Below are positions 1 through 5,320 of a stretch of 13,175 nt of DNA, piece by piece (the stretch's first letter is position 1; each line of letters opens with the position of its first letter). The position numbers and the translations under genes were made by a program. The DNA comes from a virus. Below the pieces are notes generated by a model. That model had not been told where the DNA came from. It was given only the letters and a program-made list of their open reading frames with translations, and did no database searches. The stretch is taken from the IMG/VR virus record IMGVR_UViG_3300027863_000016, positions 1 through 13,175 of that record; one strand, written 5' to 3'.

Positions 1-127
1 AGGTCGCGGAGATCAGCCTCGACCCGCTCCAGGGCCTGCATGATGGACGGCCCCCGAACGACGTCGGTCAGGGCCATCCGCCGCAAGCTGGCGGCCGTCG
101 CAGTGAACGCAGCTTCCGGATTGACGG
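1..127. repeat. Terminal direct repeat, copy 1 (circularisation overlap)
   Basis: Bases 1-127 (aggtcgcggagatcagcctc...cttccggattgacgg) are identical base for base to 13049-13175. A length of 127 is typical of an assembler k-mer overlap at the ends of a circular contig. Confidence 0.95.
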
Positions 128-164
128 ACCAGATTTCGTTCGATAGAATAGAAGACGATAACAA
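1..164 (-). CDS. N-terminal part (54 codons plus 2 nt) of a 76-aa hypothetical protein whose ORF crosses the junction
   Basis: A TTG start at 164 is preceded by AGAAGGTGA and 4 nt. The frame stays open to base 1 and continues in frame at 13048. The joined product is MLSSSILSNEIWSVNPEAAFTATAASLRRMALTDVVRGPSIMQALERVEADLRDLGDRRTRTEALDRLRGWEGGRL. It is absent from the supplied ORF track because it is split by the window edge. Confidence 0.5.
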   Translation of the reverse strand, partial: MLSSSILSNEIWSVNPEAAFTATAASLRRMALTDVVRGPSIMQALERVEADLRD

Positions 165-184
165 TTTTTCACCTTCTCTTGCTG

Positions 185-215
185 CCCGCCGATGCTCCCG
201 GCGGGTTTTCGTTTT
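185..215 (+). terminator. GC-rich hairpin followed by a T-tract, oriented for the plus strand
   Basis: The stem is cccgccg (185-191) paired with cggcggg (199-205), followed by ttttcgtttt (206-215). On the minus strand the same hairpin has no downstream U-tract. Confidence 0.45.
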
Positions 216-424
216 CAGATGGCCTTTTGTTCTTCGAGCCAGCGCATTAGGCCGGCCTTGGCGATGATGTACTTTCGTCCGACGCGCAGTTTGGGGAAGC
301 CGGGTTGCTTAACAAGGTTATACGCTGCAGTTGAGTTGATCCCCATAATGCGGCCCAGTGTTTCAGGGCCGAAAAAGTCATCATTGACCTGATCGAGGTT
401 AATGCGGTTACACACACAACGCAT
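215..424 (-). CDS. Excisionase-type winged-HTH DNA-binding protein (paralog of 3333-3536)
   Basis: 69 aa. The ATG overlaps the upstream stop (TAATG at 424). The motif DFFGPxTL..I.G....AYNL....GFP.LR......II.KAGL..WLE is shared with the 3333-3536 product. Confidence 0.75.
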   Translation of the reverse strand: MRCVCNRINLDQVNDDFFGPETLGRIMGINSTAAYNLVKQPGFPKLRVGRKYIIAKAGLMRWLEEQKAI

Positions 425-606
425 TATTGATCCCTCCTGTCCCGCCTCGCCAAAAGCTCGTCCAGCACGCGCCGGGGAATTACCACCCGCTGCCCTAACC
501 TGATTGACTCGATTTCTCCCCGCTTGACCAATGCGTAGGCATGGGTACGGGAGATTCCCATTTCAGCCGCAAAGTCAGGGACATTCATGGTAGCTCTTAC
601 GGACAT
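424..606 (-). CDS. Excisionase-family (HTH_17 / MerR-superfamily) DNA-binding protein
   Basis: 60 aa. SD AAGGAGG lies 8 nt upstream of the ATG at 606. The sequence NVPDFAAEMGISRTHAYALVKRGEIESIRLGQRVVIPRRVLDELL fits the classic Xis/AlpA-type HTH pattern. Confidence 0.8.
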   Translation of the reverse strand: MSVRATMNVPDFAAEMGISRTHAYALVKRGEIESIRLGQRVVIPRRVLDELLARRDRRDQ

Positions 607-633
607 AGTTCATACCTCCTTAATTTTGAGCAT

Positions 634-660
634 AAAAAAACCACCCGAAGGATGGTTTTT
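634..660 (-). terminator. Rho-independent (bidirectional-looking) terminator after the 688-1368 gene
   Basis: The minus strand reads AAAAA-ccatcc-ttc-gggtgg-TTTTTTT, 28 nt after the stop at 688. An A-run and a T-run flank the stem. Confidence 0.7.
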
Positions 661-687
661 ATTGCTTGTGCCTAGTTGTATCTATTC

Positions 688-1368
688 TTATCTGGGCGGA
701 TTCTGGGCCAAAACCTCAACTATCTCCCCGTTGTCGTTGATGACAATATTTATGGGAAGGTATTTTGCCTCCTTTCCCTTGAAATGCCGCTCTTGATAAA
801 TCAGTATGTCGTCGGTTTCCCCGGGATGAGCGCCGAAAACGGGATGGCGTTGCCAAATGATTAATCCGGTATCCCCCAGGGAATCAAACTTTTCTGCCAA
901 GCTCCGGTTTACGCGCCAAAGAACGCTCCATAGTTCGCACGATGGTCCGGTCCCGGTAAGAACCCTGCTTCTGATTTCTGCCACAGTCTCCGGCGTCATC
1001 TTAGCACTACCGTGCATGAACCGCCATGCGGCGTAAGCCTCAGCCGGCGTTTCGTCTGGATAGTCGGCCACAATGCCAACGCCCCGACCACCGCCCTGCC
1101 GCGTGGCCTCTGGAATCAATCCGGCCGTCTCCCATCGGAGGAGTGAACGCCGGGATGTCTTGACCCCAAGTTTGTCCAAACGCTTCACAACTTCATCCGG
1201 CTTCATAATCACATCCCCGATATTCCTGAATTTGGGGTCACTCCTCCCGATTCCTTTGTGGCGAGGCTTGGCGTTTCGGGCCGCCCGGTCGGCGTTGTAG
1301 CGCACTGCCTCCCAGAACTCCTCGAACGGGTCAAAAGTTGAGTCCTGCGCAAGGCTCCCCATAGGCAT
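688..1368 (-). CDS. Hypothetical 226-aa protein with a central MerR/Xis-like HTH; stand-alone transcription unit
   Basis: SD GGGGGTGA precedes the ATG at 1368. The segment MKPDEVVKRLDKLGVKTSRRSLLRWETAGLIPEATRQGGGRG looks like a MerR-type HTH. The C-terminal about 100 aa have no motif I recognise. The gene has its own consensus promoter (1419-1447) and terminator (634-660). Confidence 0.8.
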   Translation of the reverse strand: MPMGSLAQDSTFDPFEEFWEAVRYNADRAARNAKPRHKGIGRSDPKFRNIGDVIMKPDEVVKRLDKLGVKTSRRSLLRWETAGLIPEATRQGGGRGVGIVADYPDETPAEAYAAWRFMHGSAKMTPETVAEIRSRVLTGTGPSCELWSVLWRVNRSLAEKFDSLGDTGLIIWQRHPVFGAHPGETDDILIYQERHFKGKEAKYLPINIVINDNGEIVEVLAQNPPR

Positions 1369-1418
1369 AGATCACCCCCGTTTAATCTCGCCACGACGTG
1401 TCTATATCAACCAAATTG

Positions 1419-1447
1419 ATTTTACCACGCCCAGGCTCTCCTGTCAA
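1419..1447 (-). promoter_or_regulatory. Sigma-70/SigA-type promoter for the 688-1368 gene
   Basis: The minus strand reads TTGACA (1447-1442), a 17-nt spacer, then TAAAAT (1424-1419), about 50 nt upstream of the ATG. Confidence 0.7.
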
Positions 1448-1468
1448 TGCCCCTGGAAAAGATTTATT

Positions 1469-1496
1469 CATCCCGGTCGCCTCGTCCACCGGGATG
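1469..1496 (-). terminator. 8-bp perfect hairpin; possible terminator of the integrase transcript or a regulator site
   Basis: catcccgg (1469-1476) pairs with ccgggatg (1489-1496) across a 12-nt loop. On the minus strand it is followed by AATAAATCTTTT. It sits just upstream of the 1419-1447 promoter. Confidence 0.35.
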
Positions 1497-1580
1497 GATC
1501 TCTGCCCTTCCGCCAGCGCATCTCCCATACACCAGCCAAAGCCGCCGGCCCGCGCCGCCGTAAGCGGGAGGAGTTACACT

Positions 1581-1620
1581 TTGACACCTCGGCTGACACC
1601 TACGGGACCTGATGACACCT
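1581..1620 (+). repeat. Left cluster of three TGACACCT repeats (candidate integrase arm-type sites, P arm)
   Basis: TGACACCT occurs at 1582-1589, 1594-1601 and 1613-1620. The block tttgacacctNNNNctgacacctacggg recurs at 1822-1849. Confidence 0.6.
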
Positions 1621-1748
1621 TAAAAAAGATTAGAAATAAGGGTACCGGGTTGGGTTCCCGATACCCTGGGGGCCGCACCAGATAGGGCTTCCTTGAATTA
1701 GCTTAACATGGCTTGAAGGTCCGCCATATAATTGGGGTGGTAGAGGCC

Positions 1749-1776
1749 GCAGGTTCAAGTCCTGTCGCTCCGACCA
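1749..1776 (+). other. tRNA 3-prime-end fragment (T-arm, 3-prime acceptor strand, ACCA), probably tRNA-Pro-like; candidate attP core
   Basis: GCAGG-TTCAAGT-CCTGT forms a T stem-loop, followed by CGCTCCG-A-CCA. The implied C1:G72 pair with an A73 discriminator is typical of bacterial tRNA-Pro. No matching 5-prime acceptor strand (CGGAGCG) lies upstream, so this is a fragment and not a gene. Confidence 0.6.
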
Positions 1777-1821
1777 ATAAAATCAAGGGGTCCGGGGTTT
1801 GAAGATAGGGTAGGGGAGAGG

Positions 1822-1849
1822 TTTGACACCTAAACTGACACCTACCGGG
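1822..1849 (+). repeat. Right cluster of two TGACACCT repeats (candidate arm-type sites, P-prime arm)
   Basis: TGACACCT occurs at 1824-1831 and 1836-1843, in the same orientation and with the same 12-bp spacing as the left cluster. It lies directly next to the integrase stop at 1853. Confidence 0.6.
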
Positions 1850-1852
1850 TCT

Positions 1853-3046
1853 TCAGGTCCCGGATCTTGCTTTACCCTGACCGATCAGGGCGGCCAGCCG
1901 GTCAACGGTGCGGCGTCTGTCCTCAAGGGTAGCATGGCAGTAGGTGCCGATGGTGGTTCTGATGTCGGCGTGGCCCATGAGCACCTGTATGTTTTTCGCC
2001 GGCTCCTGGGCCTGCCCCAGCATGGTTCCGAAAGTGTGTCGGATGGTGTGGACCCGGACTTCTTCCCGCAACCCGGCCCGTTTTAGGATGTTCTTCAACC
2101 GCTTCAAAACATTCCGCGGCTCCATCGGCTGCCCCGTAGGTCTGGCGAATACGAGGTCGTTATCCTGATACTTGTCGCCGTAGAAAAGCCGCTGTTCGTT
2201 CTGTTTTACCTTGTGTGCCTTCAATACCTGGATCACCTCGGCCGGGAGGGGGATTTCCCGCTTGGAGTTTTCTGTCTTGGGGCCCGCAAACGCCAGTTTG
2301 GTTTTCCCCTCGTAAGTCTCGATCCGGTTGACCGATTCTCGAACGATAATGACGCCAGCCTTGAAGTTCACATCCTTCCACCGTAAGGCGCAAAGCTCGC
2401 CCCGGCGCACGCCGGTGTAGAGCATGGTAAAGAAATACGAGTAAAGGTAATCGTCCTTGGCGGTCTCAAGGAACTTGTCCAACTCGGCCTTATCGAAAGG
2501 CATAACTTCCTTGTGTTTGACGGCCGGGCGCTGGGTCAACTCCGCAGGGTTGAAGGGAAGTACCTTCTGCCGGACTGCGTGCTTCAGGCATCCGCTAATC
2601 AACTGGTGGAGGATGGCGATGGTGCTGCTAGAATGGGTCTTGGCCTTCTCGTTGTAGAAGTTCTGCAACATATCCGACGTTATCTTTTGAATCTCCACCT
2701 TGCCTAAAACGGGGAAGATATTCGCCCTGGCATAGGTTTTATACTTGGTGAACGTGCTTTCCCGAACCTTCGGCTTGACGTAAAGGTCTAACCAGCGATT
2801 CGTATAGTCTTCCAGGGTTGCTTTAGTCGGATCGGTATAGGTTCCTGTCTTCACCGCGACCAGATAATCTTCCCGCTTCTTTATAGCATCCTTCTGGGAA
2901 TCGGCATATAGAGTCTTTACCATCTGCTTGCCCGTCAACGGGTCAAAGCCGGTTGTGATCTTCGCCGCCCACCTGCCGTCTTTCCGCTGAAAGACACTTC
3001 CTTCGCCGCTACCGCGTTTGCCTGTCTTCTTGCTCTTGCCTGCCAT
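1853..3046 (-). CDS. int: Tyrosine site-specific integrase (phage integrase family) with an N-terminal arm-binding-type domain
   Basis: Catalytic signature residues are present: R in YTGVRRGELCALRW, HxxR in HTIRHTFGT, and Y in TTIGTYCH. The N-terminus GSVFQRKDGRWAAKIT matches the arm-DNA-binding pattern. SD AAGGGGTGA lies 5 nt before the ATG at 3046. The ORF track extends to a GTG at 3055. Confidence 0.95.
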   Translation of the reverse strand: MAGKSKKTGKRGSGEGSVFQRKDGRWAAKITTGFDPLTGKQMVKTLYADSQKDAIKKREDYLVAVKTGTYTDPTKATLEDYTNRWLDLYVKPKVRESTFTKYKTYARANIFPVLGKVEIQKITSDMLQNFYNEKAKTHSSSTIAILHQLISGCLKHAVRQKVLPFNPAELTQRPAVKHKEVMPFDKAELDKFLETAKDDYLYSYFFTMLYTGVRRGELCALRWKDVNFKAGVIIVRESVNRIETYEGKTKLAFAGPKTENSKREIPLPAEVIQVLKAHKVKQNEQRLFYGDKYQDNDLVFARPTGQPMEPRNVLKRLKNILKRAGLREEVRVHTIRHTFGTMLGQAQEPAKNIQVLMGHADIRTTIGTYCHATLEDRRRTVDRLAALIGQGKARSGT

Positions 3047-3058
3047 CCAACTCACCCC

Positions 3059-3226
3059 TTACTTGAAAAGTTTCCCCATGACCCGGCCGGCCGCCCTGCC
3101 AACCGCCCGTCGAGCTATCCGCTTGTCCACGGTACCCTTCTGGACGGCGTTCACGTCGCCCAGGATTCGGGCTAGGCCGTAGAGCAAGCCCCTGGCGCTC
3201 GAAATCCCGCTCCGTCTCCGTGCCAC
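3059..3226 (-). CDS. Possible small basic protein (55 aa, GTG start)
   Basis: The frame is open from 3337 to 3062, and the only start codon is the GTG at 3226, preceded by GAAGGGGG and 8 nt. The product is VARRRSGISSARGLLYGLARILGDVNAVQKGTVDKRIARRAVGRAAGRVMGKLFK. Its TAA lies inside the integrase SD. It is below the length cutoff of the ORF track. Confidence 0.3.
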   Translation of the reverse strand: MARRRSGISSARGLLYGLARILGDVNAVQKGTVDKRIARRAVGRAAGRVMGKLFK

Positions 3227-3332
3227 CGCGACAACCCCCTTCGTATTTGCCCCAGGAGGGGCGATCCGGGCGCCAGGGGTACAACGTACCTGCCGGCCCC
3301 GTTTGGTTCGTCCTGCCGCGCCTGCGCCGCTG

Positions 3333-3536
3333 TTACCCTATGTTCTTTTCGAGCCACTTAATGAGCCCAGCCTTGGAGATGATCTTCTTTCGCGTGTTGG
3401 TTCTGAGCACCGGGAAACCGTCTACATGGCAGAGGTTGTAGGCGACGTCCCTGCTCACCCCGAGGATCTCAGCCAGTGTTGGGGGACCGAAGAAGTCTGG
3501 CGCGTCGGCCAGTTTAATGGTGCTTTTCAATGCCAT
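3333..3536 (-). CDS. Excisionase-type winged-HTH DNA-binding protein (paralog of 215-424)
   Basis: 67 aa. SD GGAGGAA precedes the ATG at 3536. It shares the DFFGPPTL...AYNL...GFPVLR...IISKAGLIKWLE motif with the 215-424 product. Confidence 0.75.
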   Translation of the reverse strand: MALKSTIKLADAPDFFGPPTLAEILGVSRDVAYNLCHVDGFPVLRTNTRKKIISKAGLIKWLEKNIG

Positions 3537-3692
3537 GATGTCATTCCTCCGTACATAGCCAGATTGTGAATTTTCGCCGGCCGGTGGCCGGATCGGCGCC
3601 GTAGTCCAGCGAAAATAGTAGTGTTTCGCTGTGCCTGGTGGGGCCCTACTAGAGCTGGCCGCCAGGGAGGGCCTTCGCGCGAGGCGGCAGCC

Positions 3693-3896
3693 TTATTCTT
3701 TAGGTTCTGGCTTCGTGCCGGTGTATCCGCTGGCCAGGAACTCTTCAAGCGCTTCCTCGGATATGCGCCAGTTGTTCCCGAGCTTGAACGCCGGCAGCTT
3801 GCCTTCCTTGATCCACCGAAGTACGGTCCCGGTCGGAACAATCAGGTACTTGCCGGCCTGCTCCGTGGTGTACAGCTTCGTGGGTAGCGGGGCCAA
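3693..3896 (-). CDS. Excisionase-family (HTH_17) DNA-binding protein
   Basis: 67 aa. The TTG start immediately follows the recombinase TAA, with SD GGAAGGAGGTGG 5 nt upstream. LYTTEQAGKYLIVPTGTVLRWIKEGKLPAFKLGNNWRISEEALEEFL is the classic pattern. Confidence 0.8.
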   Translation of the reverse strand: MAPLPTKLYTTEQAGKYLIVPTGTVLRWIKEGKLPAFKLGNNWRISEEALEEFLASGYTGTKPEPKE

Positions 3897-4643
3897 TTAA
3901 GCCACCTCCTTCCCGTGTAGACTGTTCTTCAGGACGTTGCTGACGGTGCTGGCGTACCACTTGCTGCCGCCTTTCTTCGTGGGAACCTGTTCCGCGGTCA
4001 GCCGGCGGGCAATCTCGTTGATGGAGGCGCCGGCCACCTTCATGTCCAGGATCCGCTTGACGGTTTCCTGCTCGGCCTCGTTCTCCACCAGGGCGTCACC
4101 GTTCCGGTCGAAACCCAGCGGGGTGGGGCCGTAAACTTCGCCGTGGGCCTTCTTATGGGCCAGTGCCTGGGTGGTACGCTCGGCGATCATGTTCCGCTCC
4201 AACTCGGCAAAGCCGGCGGCCATGGTGATGAAGAACCGGCCCATAGCGGTTCCGGTGTTGATGGCCGTGCCGCCCATGTCGATCAAGTGGAGGCTGACGC
4301 CAGCTTCGTCCCATGCCCGGGTCTGGTTCAAGCAGTCGGCCGCATCCCGGAAAAGCCGGTCCAGTTTCAGGGCCACGATGTTCTTAACACCGCGGTCCGT
4401 GACCTGGGTAAGAAGCTCCGCGCCGCCGGGCCGCGTTGCCAGTTCTTTGCTGGCGCTCACGCCTTCGTCGCGGACGACAGCCACCAGTTCCAGGCCGGCC
4501 ATGGTGCAGTATGCGCGAATCCGTTCTTCCTGCGCCGCCAGGGAAACGCCTTCGGTGGCTTGTTCGGTGGTACTGACCCGGACATATCCCACGGCCTGGG
4601 TAGCGGTAGCCTGCCCGGTGGTTTTCTTGGCGGCCTTTTTCAT
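3897..4643 (-). CDS. Serine recombinase (resolvase/invertase catalytic domain plus a recombinase domain; no zinc-ribbon or coiled-coil extension)
   Basis: AVGYVRVSTTEQ carries the catalytic Ser, and LKLDRLFRD is the DRLxR motif. The C-terminal part GPTPLGFDRNG...EAEQETVKRI...GASINEIARRL...KGGSKWYASTVSNVLKN resembles the recombinase domain of large serine recombinases. The protein ends at 248 aa. SD GGGAGG lies 8 nt before the ATG. Confidence 0.9.
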   Translation of the reverse strand: MKKAAKKTTGQATATQAVGYVRVSTTEQATEGVSLAAQEERIRAYCTMAGLELVAVVRDEGVSASKELATRPGGAELLTQVTDRGVKNIVALKLDRLFRDAADCLNQTRAWDEAGVSLHLIDMGGTAINTGTAMGRFFITMAAGFAELERNMIAERTTQALAHKKAHGEVYGPTPLGFDRNGDALVENEAEQETVKRILDMKVAGASINEIARRLTAEQVPTKKGGSKWYASTVSNVLKNSLHGKEVA

Positions 4644-4677
4644 GTGAACAACCTCCCGGTAACTTTTTCTTGTACTT

Positions 4678-4706
4678 ATTATACATCAACTTCACACATG
4701 GGTCAA
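4678..4706 (-). promoter_or_regulatory. Strong sigma-70/SigA-type promoter for the recombinase-to-integrase gene string
   Basis: The minus strand reads TTGACC (4706-4701), a 17-nt spacer, then TATAAT (4683-4678), 35 nt upstream of the ATG at 4643. Confidence 0.7.
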
Positions 4707-4795
4707 TAGCTCCTTCGTACATAACCGGACGGTCGTGTATAAACTTTTTAAGGGTAGGGGCAGGGGGGAGTGCTGAAATCCACCTCCACCGTTTG

Positions 4796-4840
4796 CCAGG
4801 GAGCGGGTCATCAGGGTCCGGTTATATCTCCGCTCCCTGG
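4796..4840. repeat. Perfect 11-bp inverted repeat enclosing the XRE stop codon
   Basis: ccagggagcgg (4796-4806) and ccgctccctgg (4830-4840) are separated by 23 nt. No U-tract follows on either strand. Confidence 0.8.
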
Positions 4841-5040
4841 TCCGGCAGATACTCAAAAAGGTCCCCGGGCTGACAATCTAAGGCCTCGCACAGCTTATCC
4901 ATCTGGCCCACCTCAATACGCTTGACGGTGCCCAGCCACAAGGCGGATACCGTGTTGGGCCGGATGCCAGTCTTTTCCGCTAGGGCCTTCTTCGTCAGCT
5001 TGTGCCGCCCCATGAGTTCGGCCACCTTGATGTTAATCAA
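4822..5040 (-). CDS. XRE/Cro-CI family HTH transcriptional regulator (short, YozG-like)
   Basis: 72 aa with a TTG start. LTKKALAEKTGIRPNTVSALWLG...MDKLCEALDCQPGDLFEY is the canonical short XRE pattern. Confidence 0.9.
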   Translation of the reverse strand: MINIKVAELMGRHKLTKKALAEKTGIRPNTVSALWLGTVKRIEVGQMDKLCEALDCQPGDLFEYLPDQGAEI

Positions 5041-5084
5041 TTTTTTATTCCCCTTCCCTGTGTGTAATAACCCCTGTCGTTTTG

Positions 5085-5114
5085 ATTATAACAGGGAACG
5101 ATATTTATACGCAA
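5085..5114 (-). promoter_or_regulatory. Candidate promoter for the XRE gene
   Basis: The minus strand reads TTGCGT (5114-5109), an 18-nt spacer, then TATAAT (5090-5085). The -10 box is enclosed by the inverted repeat CCCTGT (5072-5077) / ACAGGG (5091-5096). Confidence 0.5.
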
Positions 5115-5197
5115 CCCAAGGCCGTAAAATATCTATACGGGGTATTGACGATTATCTACAGGGGGTCTAAAATATCGGCAAGGGATAACCGATATCG
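5099..5197. promoter_or_regulatory. Repeat-rich divergent control region (candidate operators)
   Basis: ATATTTATACG (5101-5111) and ATATCTATACG (5129-5139) are direct repeats 28 bp apart. CGATAT/ATATCG half-sites occur at 5099-5104 and 5172-5177, and a CGATATCG palindrome at 5190-5197. These overlap both divergent promoters. Confidence 0.5.
5145..5173 (+). promoter_or_regulatory. Sigma-70/SigA-type promoter for the only plus-strand gene
   Basis: TTGACG (5145-5150), a 17-nt spacer, then TAAAAT (5168-5173). Confidence 0.65.
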
Positions 5198-5212
5198 ACA
5201 TAAAGGGGACGC

Positions 5213-5320
5213 ATGGCGAGGAGGTGGTCACCGGATAGACAAGGAAGTCCCCCGGCACCCCGCTGGCGGCCAACGGGCCGTCAAGAAATCGACAGCGAAG
5301 GAAGGGTGTATCGTGCTTAG
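5213..5320 (+). CDS. Possible 35-aa leader ORF overlapping the start of the ImmA-like gene
   Basis: The ATG at 5213 follows AAAGGGGA. The product is MARRWSPDRQGSPPAPRWRPTGRQEIDSEGRVYRA. Its TAG (5318-5320) overlaps the GTG at 5313. There is no recognisable motif. Confidence 0.15.
   Translation: MARRWSPDRQGSPPAPRWRPTGRQEIDSEGRVYRA

Noticed and set aside
1-127. The terminal repeat as a genuine gene duplication, an LTR or IS ends
   Set aside because: The copies are direct, exact and truncated by the window ends, and they are needed to complete a single ORF. This fits a circular-contig overlap. A physical terminal redundancy of a linear packaged genome cannot be excluded from sequence alone.
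1687-1776. A complete tRNA gene, or a tmRNA 3-prime end, at the attP core
   Set aside because: No 5-prime acceptor strand (CGGAGCG), D-arm or anticodon arm can be folded from the 90 nt upstream. The acceptor sequence CGCTCCG-A does not fit the GGGG.../...CUCCACCA ends of tmRNA. It is best explained as a phage-borne copy of a tRNA 3-prime end.
3537-3692. Structured 156-nt intergenic region (hairpins cagcgaaa/tttcgctg and GC-rich stems) as a possible ncRNA or riboswitch
   Set aside because: I could not match it to any RNA family, and there is no clear promoter or terminator pair. It is more likely to be transcript-processing or terminator-like structure between two HTH genes.
3009-3841. ORFs 3009-3284, 3172-3357 and 3527-3841 (minus) and 3220-3441, 3303-3569, 3621-3900 (plus)
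   Set aside because: They overlap better-supported HTH genes or the integrase start. They lack SDs and have extreme Arg/Gly/Pro composition. Only the 55-aa GTG frame (3059-3226) has start-site support.
4143-4709. Plus-strand ORFs antisense to the serine recombinase (4143-4709, 4171-4647) and to the TMP (for example 6847-7284, 7331-7774, 8488-8874)
   Set aside because: For the same reason, these are antisense shadow ORFs of confidently called genes.
5082-5312. N-terminal extension of the ImmA-like ORF to the TTG at 5082
   Set aside because: The extension starts upstream of the predicted promoter (5145-5173), runs through AT-rich operator repeats and has no SD. The GTG at 5313 has a good SD.
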